Positions 29,439 to 38,637 of a DNA stretch of 64,000 bases are shown here, piece by piece. The stretch is from Chloropicon primus (Eukaryota): NCBI GenBank assembly GCA_023205875.1, contig CP060757.1, positions 1,302,001-1,366,000 of the forward strand. Reading direction: 5' to 3'. The notes under the pieces were generated by a model that did not search any database, was not told the DNA's origin, and saw only the letters and a program-made list of their open reading frames with translations. Position 1 is the stretch's first letter. Each line of letters begins with the position of its first letter. Both the position numbers and the translations under genes were made by a program.

Positions 29439-32400
29439 ATGGGAGTTCCGGCCTTCTACAGGTGGCTCTCCGAGCGGTACCCTAGGATCGTCAAGGACAT
29501 CAGGGAGGTGGAGAACGAGGTGGTGGACGGGGAGATCATCCCCGTGAACACGGTGGAGCCCAATCCGAACGGGGAGGAGTTCGACAACCTGTACCTGGAC
29601 ATGAACGGGATCATACACCCGTGCTTCCACCCCGAGGGGCGGCCGGCGCCCACCCTGGAGAGCGAGGTCTTCGAGTGCATGTTCGAGTACATCGACAGGA
29701 TTTTCGCGATCGTGAGGCCCAGGAAGCTCCTCTTCATGGCGATAGACGGCGTGGCGCCGAGGGCGAAGATGAACCAGCAGAGGTCGCGGAGGTTCCGCGC
29801 AGCGCAGGAGAACAAGGAGAAGGTAAGGAATAGACGCTGCTCTCTTTGGATCTCGAGAACACGAGGCGAGGGGGGAGGGCGCCCCGCCGCAACCACGGAC
29901 ACTCATCTCTCGCAAACTGTGGCTGTTGTGACTTGGGGCTGCCTGTATTTGGAAACAAATACTCACCCTGGCGGTGAGCGACAGTCCAAGATGAGAGTTC
30001 TACAAATTCTCTGCTCGGAAGAACCGGCGTTGAGTGATACGTACTCAGCTTCCTTTTGCAGCCGAGCGACATCTTTCGCGCATCGCGACCGCTGTCTGGT
30101 GTGATCCGGTGGCATTTCCCTGACTCGTGTACCTGCTCTCTCGTCGTCTCTCTTGGAACGCTCCCGAACGCAGATGGAGACGGAGGAGAAGATAAGGAAG
30201 GAGTTCGCCCAGAGGGGCATCAAGCTGAGCGCGGTGGACGAGAGCGAGGTGATGGACAGCAACGTCATCACCCCGGGGACGCCCTTCATGCACAGGCTCA
30301 GCACCGCTCTGCAGTACTACATTCACAAGAAGATCAACGAGGACCCGGGCTGGAGGAAGATCAACGTGGTTCTATCGGACTCCAACGTGCCCGGGGAGGG
30401 AGAGCACAAAGTGGTCGACTTCATCAGAAGGCAGAGGGGCCTTGAAGGGTGGAATCCGAACACGAGGCACGTCCTGTACGGCCTCGATGCCGATCTTATC
30501 ATGCTCGCGCTAGCCACGCACGAGCCCTACTTTTACATCTTGAGGGAGGTAAGTCACCAAGAGAGCGGCGGGGACCAAGGGAGCTGTGTTCTGCGAACTT
30601 GGTCTCATCGGAAGAGAGAATCGAAATCCCGAAACATGACAGTGATACTTGTCTCGTTCGTCCTAATGGTCCATAATACCTTGAAGACACTTTCACCCAT
30701 AGAATCTGAGTCATCGTTCTGGGATTTCCTCGAGAGAAACACCCTTTCCTTTGCGCTTCGACGACGAGGCCAGCTGAACCCAAAGAAATATGTTTGCATT
30801 TTCGTTTCCACATGCACCAGGTGGTTGTCCAGACCAAGGCGTCGAGCATGCAGGCCGACGTTCAAATGCATCTGTTTCAGATGAATCAGGAGGAGAACAA
30901 GAAGAAGTCTCAGAGGGAGCTCCTGCTTGAAATCTCAAGGATCGACAGGAAGCCGTACCAGATGGTCCACATAAGCACGCTGAGGGAGTACCTGATTTTG
31001 GACATGGGAAACACGGCTGTGAAGCCGAGCTTCAAAGTGGATCCGGAGCGGCTCATCGACGACTTCATTTTGCTGTGCTTCTTCTGTGGAAATGACTTCC
31101 TGCCGCACATGCCAACCCTGGAGATCAGGGAGGGGGCCCTGAACCTGCTCATCTCGGTGTACCAGCACACCATGCCCAAGATAGGACACCTGTCCAAGGG
31201 GGAGCACATCAACATGAAGAGGATGGAGGTCTTTGTGGAAAGGGTCTCCATGTGCGAGCAGGCTATCTTCCAAAAGCGCAACTTTCTGCAGCAGAGGCAG
31301 AAGAGCAGGCAGAGGCAGCAGCTCGAGGCGGACAGGAGGAGGCAGCTCGACCAGCAGGCCAGGGCGAGAGCCTCTGCCGAGGCCGCCAGTGCTGCGAAGG
31401 CTGCGGAACGAGAGAGCAACAGGAGCGCCGCGGATTTGCTCAGGGATCGCTTGCTCAAGAAGGGCGGCGGGGAAGGGAGCAAGGGAGATTCTTCCCCCGC
31501 GGCCGGCGAGAAGGAGGAGGGTGCCTGCAAGGAAGCCACCAAGGAGGAGGAAGAGAACTTCAAGAAGCAGCTGTCGGAGACTGTGAAGAAGAGCGGCGAT
31601 AAGCTGAAGGAGATCCTCTTCGCCCCAGACAAGATCAGGCTGGGAGAAGATGGCTGGAAGGACAGATACTACGCAGAAAAGTTTCATGTCAGCACCACGG
31701 CGGCGATTGACAAGCTCAAGTCCGAGGTGGTGCAGAACTACGTGGAAGGCTTGTGCTGGGTGATGAAGTACTACTATCAGGGCTGTCCCAGCTGGAGTTG
31801 GTACTTTCGGTACCACTACGCTCCGTTTGCCTCGGACTTGAGGGGCTTGGACAAACTGGACATCCAGTTCGACCTCGACAAGCCTTTCAAGCCCCTGGAC
31901 CAGCTCATGGCTGTCTTACCACCAGCAAGCTCGCACTGCATGCCGCCGGCCTACAAGGAGTTGATGACCTCAAGTGACTCTCCCATTGCTGACTTCTACC
32001 CGGAGACCTTCCCGGTGGACCCGAATGGGAAGAGGTACAGTTGGATGCACATCGCCCTCCTGCCTTTCATCGACGAGAAGAGGCTCTTGGCGTCCATACG
32101 GCCCTTGGAGTCGACCTTGAATGCCGAGGAGACGAGGAGGAACAGCTTGCTCAGCACGGTGATGGTGATCCACAAATCTCACCCCCTGGCGTGGAGCTTG
32201 CTGGAGCTGGAGGCCAAGACGGAGAAGAAGGCGTGCGCGATCCAGGCCGAGAAGAACAACTGCATCAGCGGGACCGCAGTGATTCCGGACGGGGCTGTCG
32301 GGCTCTGCCCCAAGGTCATCAGGAGCTGCTGGGACGTCTTCCCCGACGTCCAAAGGAACTCCGCGTTGGGCTTCAGTTACCAGTTCCCTGCGGAGCAGGT

Positions 32401-32740
32401 GCACATTCCCCGACCTCTCAAGGGGACGGAGATGCCCGCGAAGGTCCTTCGCGACGGGGACACGCCCATGGCGCCCGAGATATGGCACGAGACCAGGGGC
32501 CACGGCGGCGGCAGGGGCGGCCACGGCGGCAGAGGGGGCTATGGTGGTGGCGGGCGTGGAAGAGGCTGGCAAGGGCACCACGGGGGAGGATCCGGGCACT
32601 TTGCGCAGCAGGAGATCCTGCAGCACAACGCGCACGGGATGATCTACGGCAACGGCGGCGGAGGCCGAGGGGGGGGAGGCCGAGGGGGAGGAGGGGGCGG
32701 GCGACACCAGCAGTGGGGCTGGGGCCAGCAGAGGAGGTAG
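29439..32740 (+). CDS. XRN: 5'-3' exoribonuclease (Rat1/XRN2-type, plant XRN2/3/4 family); exons 29439-29822, 30174-30548, 30821-32740
   Basis: [65 protein letters not shown]-rich tail. Confidence 0.95.
29932..30074 (+). ncRNA. Candidate H/ACA snoRNA in XRN intron 1
   Basis: Hairpin (CTTGG...CCAAG, internal GTATTTG-GAAA-CAAATAC), H box AGATGA 29989-29994, second hairpin GCTCGG...CCGAGC with internal loop, ACA at 30069-30071; ~143 nt. Confidence 0.5.
30636..30714 (+). ncRNA. Double-guide box C/D snoRNA (18S rRNA) in XRN intron 2
   Basis: Terminal stem ATGAC/GTCAT, C-like GTGATAC, C' TGAAGA, D box CTGA. Guides GTCTCGTTCGT and CACCCATAGAAT are complementary to the conserved 18S segments ACGAACGAGAC and ATTCTATGGGTG (rRNA sequence recalled). 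Confidence 0.8.
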
Positions 32741-32788
32741 TATTACTGGTATACTGGTTGTAACATATCACAATATCGTCTCAAGCTC

Positions 32789-33028
32789 ATGGACAGCAGC
32801 TCTGAGATGAACAATCTGCACCAAGGCTTCGCCGAGCTCGGCCTGCAAGTCGCGAAGATTTTCTTCCGGAAGGTCCAGAAACTCTTGTGCGAGGTCCTGA
32901 CGTCCAAGGCTTTCCAAAGATTCCCTCTTCCCCCTCGTTACTCTCCCGGGCGTCTTGTTCCTCGCGCAATGTCCCCTTCGTCCTGCCCTGCGTCTCCCCC
33001 TCGAGAGAGGCCCCTTTCCTGGAGCTCA
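32789..33028. repeat. Dispersed ~240-bp repeat, family A copy 2
   Basis: Near-identical to 3051-3289. Confidence 0.93.
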
Positions 33029-33073
33029 TTCAGGGGAGGACGGGGTGCCAGGGGGAAGAAGGAGAGCGTTGGC

Positions 33074-33622
33074 ATGATCTCGACGGCCGTAAAAGGCGGT
33101 CTGCAACCTCGCCTCCTCGGCACCGTGCTCTCCACGAGGCGGTGGCAAACCACATCCCCAACTTGTGGTTGTGTGAAGGACGGCGGTGTGTCATCTTCCT
33201 CCGAGCTTGTCGAGGAGGAAGATGACAGGTGCCCCCGGTTTCTACCCCCGCGCGGCCGGGAGCTACTCGCCGCCGTCAAGCTCGGTCTGCCTGGAGCCAA
33301 GGAGGAGTTCGAGAAGCAACAGCTCAAGTTCAACAACCGGTTCGATGCGAGAGCGAGAGCGAGAGCGAGAGCGACGCACACCCACCTGAGAGAAACCTTT
33401 GCGAGTAAAGACCCGAAAGGATATTACAAAGCGCTGGGCCTGGAAGGACACGAGGGCTCTGCAACTCCCGCGGAGATTGCAAAGGCGTTCCGTAAGCGCG
33501 CAAAAACGTTTCATCCTGATGCTGGTGGTAGCAAGGAGAGCTTCATCTTCCTTTCCAAGGCCTACAAAGTCCTCAACGACCCTCAATCACGGGATTCATA
33601 CGACAAGAACTCCATGTACTAG
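33074..33622 (+). CDS. Small protein with a C-terminal J domain (possibly organelle-targeted)
   Basis: DPKGYYKALGL...IAKAFRKRAKTFHPD...AYKVLNDP..R..YD; start placed downstream of repeat A. Confidence 0.75.
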   Translation: MISTAVKGGLQPRLLGTVLSTRRWQTTSPTCGCVKDGGVSSSSELVEEEDDRCPRFLPPRGRELLAAVKLGLPGAKEEFEKQQLKFNNRFDARARARARATHTHLRETFASKDPKGYYKALGLEGHEGSATPAEIAKAFRKRAKTFHPDAGGSKESFIFLSKAYKVLNDPQSRDSYDKNSMY

Positions 33623-33665
33623 TAGGACAAGTATTATATGTACAACCGTTTTGTATTATACATGA

Positions 33666-35096
33666 TCACCCCGAGCACTGCAGGCCAGACGCCACCCCCC
33701 TGACGAGTCCCAGGAGCCTGACGAAGTTCATCGCGGACTTCGCCAACCAGATGAAGACGAGCCCACTGGCCGCGTCGAAGAACCCGGTCACCTGGAACGA
33801 GATTAAGAGAGGCGAGTAAACCACGGCGAAAGCAAATACCATCAAGTTCCTCACGTAGTCGAACTTTTGGAGGGCATAGATCAGACCGTCGAGCACAAAG
33901 ACTAACGAATTGATTGGCTGGACCACAGCGATGAGACTCCAGACTTTGCGCAGCTGGCCGATCACCTTGGCCTTGCTCTCGGAGGACTTCATTGTGAACA
34001 CGGAGATGATCTCATCTTCCAGTGCCAAGAGAAGGACGCTGAACAGGAGTCCAACCAAACAGCCAATGAAGAGCAGCCTCTCCGTCATTCTCTGGAACAG
34101 GAGCCTCGAAACCAGCCCCCACGACTCGCCATAGAGCCGCCCGCCGAGCATCGTGCCCACGTTCGCAAACCCGTCAGTCAAATACGACGTTAACATCCAG
34201 AGCTGAACGACGATTCCATACGCAGCGAGCGCCTCCGGGTCGGGTAGCCGGGCCGCAACAATCGCGGCGACGAAGAAGGAAGACTGCAGCGCCAGGGAGC
34301 GCAGCAGCATCGACGAACCATCCTTGACGAAACTCCAAAAGTTGTCTTCGCTCCCTTGCTCGATCAGCGGAGACTCGAGCTCGCTCGGATCCGAAGCCCT
34401 GAACACGGACCAGTCGCGAAAGGCCGGGCCCGGGGGCCGGGAGGCGCACACCATGACGAAGCCCAAGCAAGAGGAAACCGCGTAGGAAATCAGCCCAGCC
34501 ATTCCCAGCTCAAACAAGCCCCCACTCATGGTGACCAGGGCAAGGAAGGTACCGATCACGCTCAGGATGCACCTGAATATGTTCAACGAAGCCGCGAGGG
34601 CCATCCTCTGATAGCCGCTGAGAATTCCCGTGGAGGCCACTGTGATCTGCACGAATGGAACGGTTAAGGCTTTCACCATGTAAAAGCTTTTCACCTTCTC
34701 CCTGGCGTGCGCGTTGCTCATTCCAGCTGCGCTCAGAATGGGCTCGAAGAGGACGGCAAGCACGGCTGCGCAGGTGAGTCCCAGAGCCCCGGCGAACGAT
34801 AACGCGTAGAAGACGTTCGCCTTGGTCTTCCCGGGGTCCCCCCTCCCGACGCTCTTCGAGACTTTGGCCGAGACGCCATCCGAGAGAAAGTTGAAGACCA
34901 CCCCAGCCAAGTTGGTCACAGAACACACGAGCGAGTACAAGGACAGCGCATCATACGAGACCGAGCCAAGGACGACCGTCTCCACGAGTAGTGCGAGGGG
35001 TGCCGCCACCTGCAGCAACACCGCTTTCCCTCCCTCCACCAATATTCTCCGCCATGTCACCTCCCTTTCCTTCAACAACACCAAGGCCTCCTCCAT
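33666..35096 (-). CDS. MATE family efflux transporter (DinF-like)
   Basis: About 12 TM segments; LAAYGIVVQLW...DGFA and QPINSLVFVLDGL motifs. Confidence 0.9.
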   Translation of the reverse strand: MEEALVLLKEREVTWRRILVEGGKAVLLQVAAPLALLVETVVLGSVSYDALSLYSLVCSVTNLAGVVFNFLSDGVSAKVSKSVGRGDPGKTKANVFYALSFAGALGLTCAAVLAVLFEPILSAAGMSNAHAREKVKSFYMVKALTVPFVQITVASTGILSGYQRMALAASLNIFRCILSVIGTFLALVTMSGGLFELGMAGLISYAVSSCLGFVMVCASRPPGPAFRDWSVFRASDPSELESPLIEQGSEDNFWSFVKDGSSMLLRSLALQSSFFVAAIVAARLPDPEALAAYGIVVQLWMLTSYLTDGFANVGTMLGGRLYGESWGLVSRLLFQRMTERLLFIGCLVGLLFSVLLLALEDEIISVFTMKSSESKAKVIGQLRKVWSLIAVVQPINSLVFVLDGLIYALQKFDYVRNLMVFAFAVVYSPLLISFQVTGFFDAASGLVFIWLAKSAMNFVRLLGLVRGVASGLQCSG

Positions 35097-35204
35097 CTTG
35101 TTCCCGCCATCAGCGACAGCTGGGAGAGGGAGAGGGAGAGAGAGGGAGAGGGAGAGGGAGAGGGAGAAGTGGATCGGGGATTTGAAGCTTGGTGCGGAAG
35201 AGAT

Positions 35205-36386
35205 ATGAGGTGGAGGGTGTTGTCGCGGTTGTACACCCGGGGAGTCTACGCCTGGACGAGGAGGGCGGAGGAAGTGCGGGAACGACGCCCTCGTGAGGAC
35301 TTGAGAGTCCACGCCACGACGAGGGAGGTGGCGTTTGCTTGCTTGGGTTTGGGTGCGGGACTGCTCGGGTCGTCCTGGAGGTACCTCCAGGCAGAGGAGG
35401 AGGAAACGAATACGTTTGACGCGTACTTCCTCTCGAGGCCCGCGACCAAGGTCTCGGGTTCTGTTGTGAACATCGCGTTCTCCAACGCATCCCGGGCCCA
35501 GGGCGGCAGTGGTTTCATCATCGACGGCAAGGAGGGCTTGATCGTAACGAATCAGCACGTCGTGGAGTCCCCCTCGTCTCGGGTTTGGGGGAGGGGGAGG
35601 GCCTCGAAGAGGGACGGAGGCCTCACGATCACGCTGCAGGACGGGAGGAAGTTCCAAGGACACGTCATCAACGGTGACCCTGAGACCGACCTCGCCATCG
35701 TCAAGCTGGAGGATCTCAACGAAGTGCTTCCCCAAGTAACGTTGGGGGACAGCAGATCTATCCAGCTGGGCGAGTGGGTTCTCGCTCTGGGCTCGCCCCT
35801 GCTCCTGAAGAACACGGTAACGGCCGGAATCGTCAGCTGCGTGGAGCGGAAGCGGGGAGAGCTAGGCATTCCCTTGTCTCGGACGGATTACATCCAGACA
35901 GACGCTGCGATTAATGTTGGCAACAGCGGCGGCCCGCTGGTCAATCTGAGGGGCGAGGTCATAGGAATCAACACGATCAAGGCCCTTTCCGCGAACAACA
36001 TCGCCTTTGCGATTCCCGTCGAGACGGCGAAGTTTGTCATCAAGCAGATTCTACGCCATGGCCGAGTCGTTCGCCCATTCATCGGTATCAAAATGCTGGA
36101 CTTGACGGGATCCACGATCTCTGCGCTGCGCGAGAGGGACCCGCGCTTCCCAAAGGTCGAGTCCGGCGTCTTCGTTCCCTCTGTGACTCCAGGTAGCCCC
36201 GCTGAGACGGCAGGCTTCCTCCACGGGGACGTGATCGTGGAGTTCGACCACAGGAAGGTATCCAAGGGCCAACAGATCCTCGACCTGCTGGGGGAAGAGG
36301 TGGGAAAGAGGCATCAAGTTGTCGTGGTGCGGGAGCACGGGGAGAAGAAGGTGTTGTATGTCACAAGCGAGGAGAGCATGTCTTGA
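35205..36386 (+). CDS. DEG14: DegP/HtrA serine protease with one PDZ domain (Deg14/HTRA2-like)
   Basis: GSGFII, TNQHVV, DLAIV, IQTDAAINVGNSGGPL, PDZ; Arg-rich presequence. Confidence 0.88.
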   Translation: MRWRVLSRLYTRGVYAWTRRAEEVRERRPREDLRVHATTREVAFACLGLGAGLLGSSWRYLQAEEEETNTFDAYFLSRPATKVSGSVVNIAFSNASRAQGGSGFIIDGKEGLIVTNQHVVESPSSRVWGRGRASKRDGGLTITLQDGRKFQGHVINGDPETDLAIVKLEDLNEVLPQVTLGDSRSIQLGEWVLALGSPLLLKNTVTAGIVSCVERKRGELGIPLSRTDYIQTDAAINVGNSGGPLVNLRGEVIGINTIKALSANNIAFAIPVETAKFVIKQILRHGRVVRPFIGIKMLDLTGSTISALRERDPRFPKVESGVFVPSVTPGSPAETAGFLHGDVIVEFDHRKVSKGQQILDLLGEEVGKRHQVVVVREHGEKKVLYVTSEESMS

Positions 36387-36431
36387 AACCTATTCAACAT
36401 TATGATACAGAACGACTTACAATAATTTATC

Positions 36432-37631
36432 TTACTCACGCACGAGGGACTCGAAGGTGATCTGACCCGTCCTCAGCAGGTGCTGGAAGAGTATCCGGGA
36501 GATGATGTCCCCCTTGGCCCTCTTGTGGGACAGGCCCGCGAGCTCGAGGCTGGCACCCATGGGGCGCCCGTCGGCGCCAAAGTCGAATCCGCGGGGACCC
36601 AAGTTGAAGCGAAACAGCTGCCCCGGTCGCAGCTTGTCCGCGTTATTGTCCGAGAACGTTTTGGGAATCTTCCCGAGGACCACCGGGGGATCATCGCCGG
36701 TGCCCACGCTCCTGGCATCCTCCTGGAGCTGCAAGACGACCCTCTGCGTCTCGAGCACGACTCCCTTGGCGTCCGTGTCTATCGGGTACCTGCTGCAGTG
36801 GGCGTCCTTCCACTGCAGGCACAGGGGAGTCGGCCTTCCGCCCTGTACGTAGGTCGAGTCCTTGTGCGTGAAGATGAGTCCGTCCCTCGTGTACCCCAGG
36901 CCCTCCTCCCCCGAGTAAGCCCTCGAGATCATCTCCCTCGTCGCCCTCTCCCTCGGGGCGAGCATCAGGGCCGGCTCCCCCTCGCGGACGCCCCCCGGAG
37001 CGACCCCCTCGAACTTTTGCGCCAGCCAGAAGGACCTGAACTCGAAATCGCAGTCCACCAAGGAGTAGTCCTCCCACGTGATGCAGTCCGTCACGTAGAA
37101 GGTGCTCGTTGGGGCGTGGTACACCGCGTCCAGCACGCACTTCGAGCCCTTGGTGCCAGGCGACCTCGTCCCCCTCGAGCCGTTCGGCAGGGCGCTCTGG
37201 AACTCCTTGTGGACGCTCCCGTTCTTGCACCGGCTGACCGTGGACCCGGCCTGGGAGATCAGCAGGCACCGCGGCCCCTCGGGCCTCGGCGTGACGTACC
37301 AGTTCGCCCAAAGGTCCTCTGGGACGTCCACCAGCCACTCCATCGCGAGCAACTCAGCGGCGTAGCGCTTGCACGCCTCCCTCGACCGGAGGTAGCCCGG
37401 GCGATTCTGCTGCCTCCCGAGCGAGACGACAACGCCGGCTCCCTCCTCGTTCCGATCCAGTTCCAGTTCCAGTTCCCCCACCGCATGAATTTCGCGTTTC
37501 CTCCGGAGTTCCTCCTCCCTCGCCTTGCTCCTCCGCTCCCTCACCCCCTCCAGCGCCTTCCGCCGCCTCTCCCTCTGCCACTCCCTCAGGCTCTTCAAGC
37601 TCCCTCGCTGTTCCGCCATGGCCCATCCCAT
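36432..37631 (-). CDS. SNUPN: Snurportin-1 (m3G-cap snRNP import adaptor)
   Basis: IBB-like Q..RRR.AL..R, EWLVDVP.DL..W...RPEG.RC, F.SALPNG, EFRSFW, DGLIF.HK, TPL..W. Confidence 0.92.
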   Translation of the reverse strand: MGWAMAEQRGSLKSLREWQRERRRKALEGVRERRSKAREEELRRKREIHAVGELELELDRNEEGAGVVVSLGRQQNRPGYLRSREACKRYAAELLAMEWLVDVPEDLWANWYVTPRPEGPRCLLISQAGSTVSRCKNGSVHKEFQSALPNGSRGTRSPGTKGSKCVLDAVYHAPTSTFYVTDCITWEDYSLVDCDFEFRSFWLAQKFEGVAPGGVREGEPALMLAPRERATREMISRAYSGEEGLGYTRDGLIFTHKDSTYVQGGRPTPLCLQWKDAHCSRYPIDTDAKGVVLETQRVVLQLQEDARSVGTGDDPPVVLGKIPKTFSDNNADKLRPGQLFRFNLGPRGFDFGADGRPMGASLELAGLSHKRAKGDIISRILFQHLLRTGQITFESLVRE

Positions 37632-37787
37632 CTGATCCCCTGTTCCTCCAGACTTGTCCAAGAATGGGGGAGCCGAGGCCGAGGGGAACGCCTCGCAGGG
37701 CCGGTACGGTGTCATGGAGGACGGGGAGAGCACACAGGGGGCGAGGACGGAGGCTTCCTTTGCGAAGGAGAGAACGGGAGGGAGGCG

Positions 37788-38300
37788 ATGCGGTGCCGAA
37801 CGATGCGGCGGGATCGGGTTGTAGGCCAAGTTGGGAGGGTGTTGCTTTTCGTCGTCGCCTTCGTCGTCGTCGTCGTCGTCGTCGGTGGAGCGGGAGCGGA
37901 TTCTGAGGCTCAGAGTGGACGGGCGGAGGGATCAGGGGGTCGGAAGCTTCTGCTGGCCGGCGTGAACATCGGGGGTTGGATCGTGCCGCAAGGCATTCCG
38001 CCCGCCGTGAAGCTGACGGTGTCCCACGGGCGGCCGAGCGAGGAGGACCGCGACCTCTCGAAGACCGAGCCCGGGTCGCTGGCCAGGTACGAGCAAGTCC
38101 TGGCGATTCGCGAGGGCGATCGCGGGCCCACCGTCACGTACCCGTTCCAAGAGTACCTCGACTGCAAGGGCCCGTGCGAGACTCGGCTCCGGATGAAGGA
38201 GCAGGCGATGGAAGAGGAGGACGAGCGTTTCGGCGGCGTCTTCGGCGACGTCATGCTGCCCCCGACGGCGCGAAGGAACCACCTGCCCATCCACGGCTAG
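37788..38300 (+). CDS. Small secreted protein / candidate propeptide
   Basis: 3' end of track ORF 36480..38300 read from ATG 37788/37803: hydrophobic leader, GRKLL, CKGPC, ends IHG-stop. Confidence 0.65.
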   Translation: MRCRTMRRDRVVGQVGRVLLFVVAFVVVVVVVGGAGADSEAQSGRAEGSGGRKLLLAGVNIGGWIVPQGIPPAVKLTVSHGRPSEEDRDLSKTEPGSLARYEQVLAIREGDRGPTVTYPFQEYLDCKGPCETRLRMKEQAMEEEDERFGGVFGDVMLPPTARRNHLPIHG

Positions 38301-38637
38301 GAGTGGCGGATCGAAGCCTTCGAATATTTGAAGGAAAAGGAGGCTCTCGAGATGCCTGGTAGGGGCCAACAGGTTCTCCCTTCTTCGATAAAGAGAGAAG
38401 AAGGGAAGAGCAACTTGCCCGATAAACTCACCGTCTTGCGTTGCGTGATACAGTCCTCCCCTGCACATTCATGTGTCGCGGTCCTCCATCCAATCATTCA
38501 TCAATCCTATCCTCAACCCCTCTCCTGTAAGATCCCCTCTATCCCCTCCTCTTTTTTTGGATGAGGCTGTGATCGAGCGAGCGCCCTGGAGGACCAGAGG
38601 AGCGAGCTTGCACACTGCGAACTGAGGGGGGAGCGAG

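Noticed and set aside
32789..33073. N-terminal extension of the J-domain ORF (likewise 3149-3295, 52451-52663)
   Set aside because: Runs through dispersed repeats; repeat A is read in different frames at its two loci, so these extensions are probably non-coding.
33347..33374. ARARAR protein motif
   Set aside because: Simple (GCGAGA)n microsatellite inside the ORF.
38375..38406. 10-bp hairpin TCCCTTCTTC/GAAGAAGGGA as a SECIS or terminator
   Set aside because: No SECIS core and no upstream in-frame UGA; low-complexity purine/pyrimidine match.
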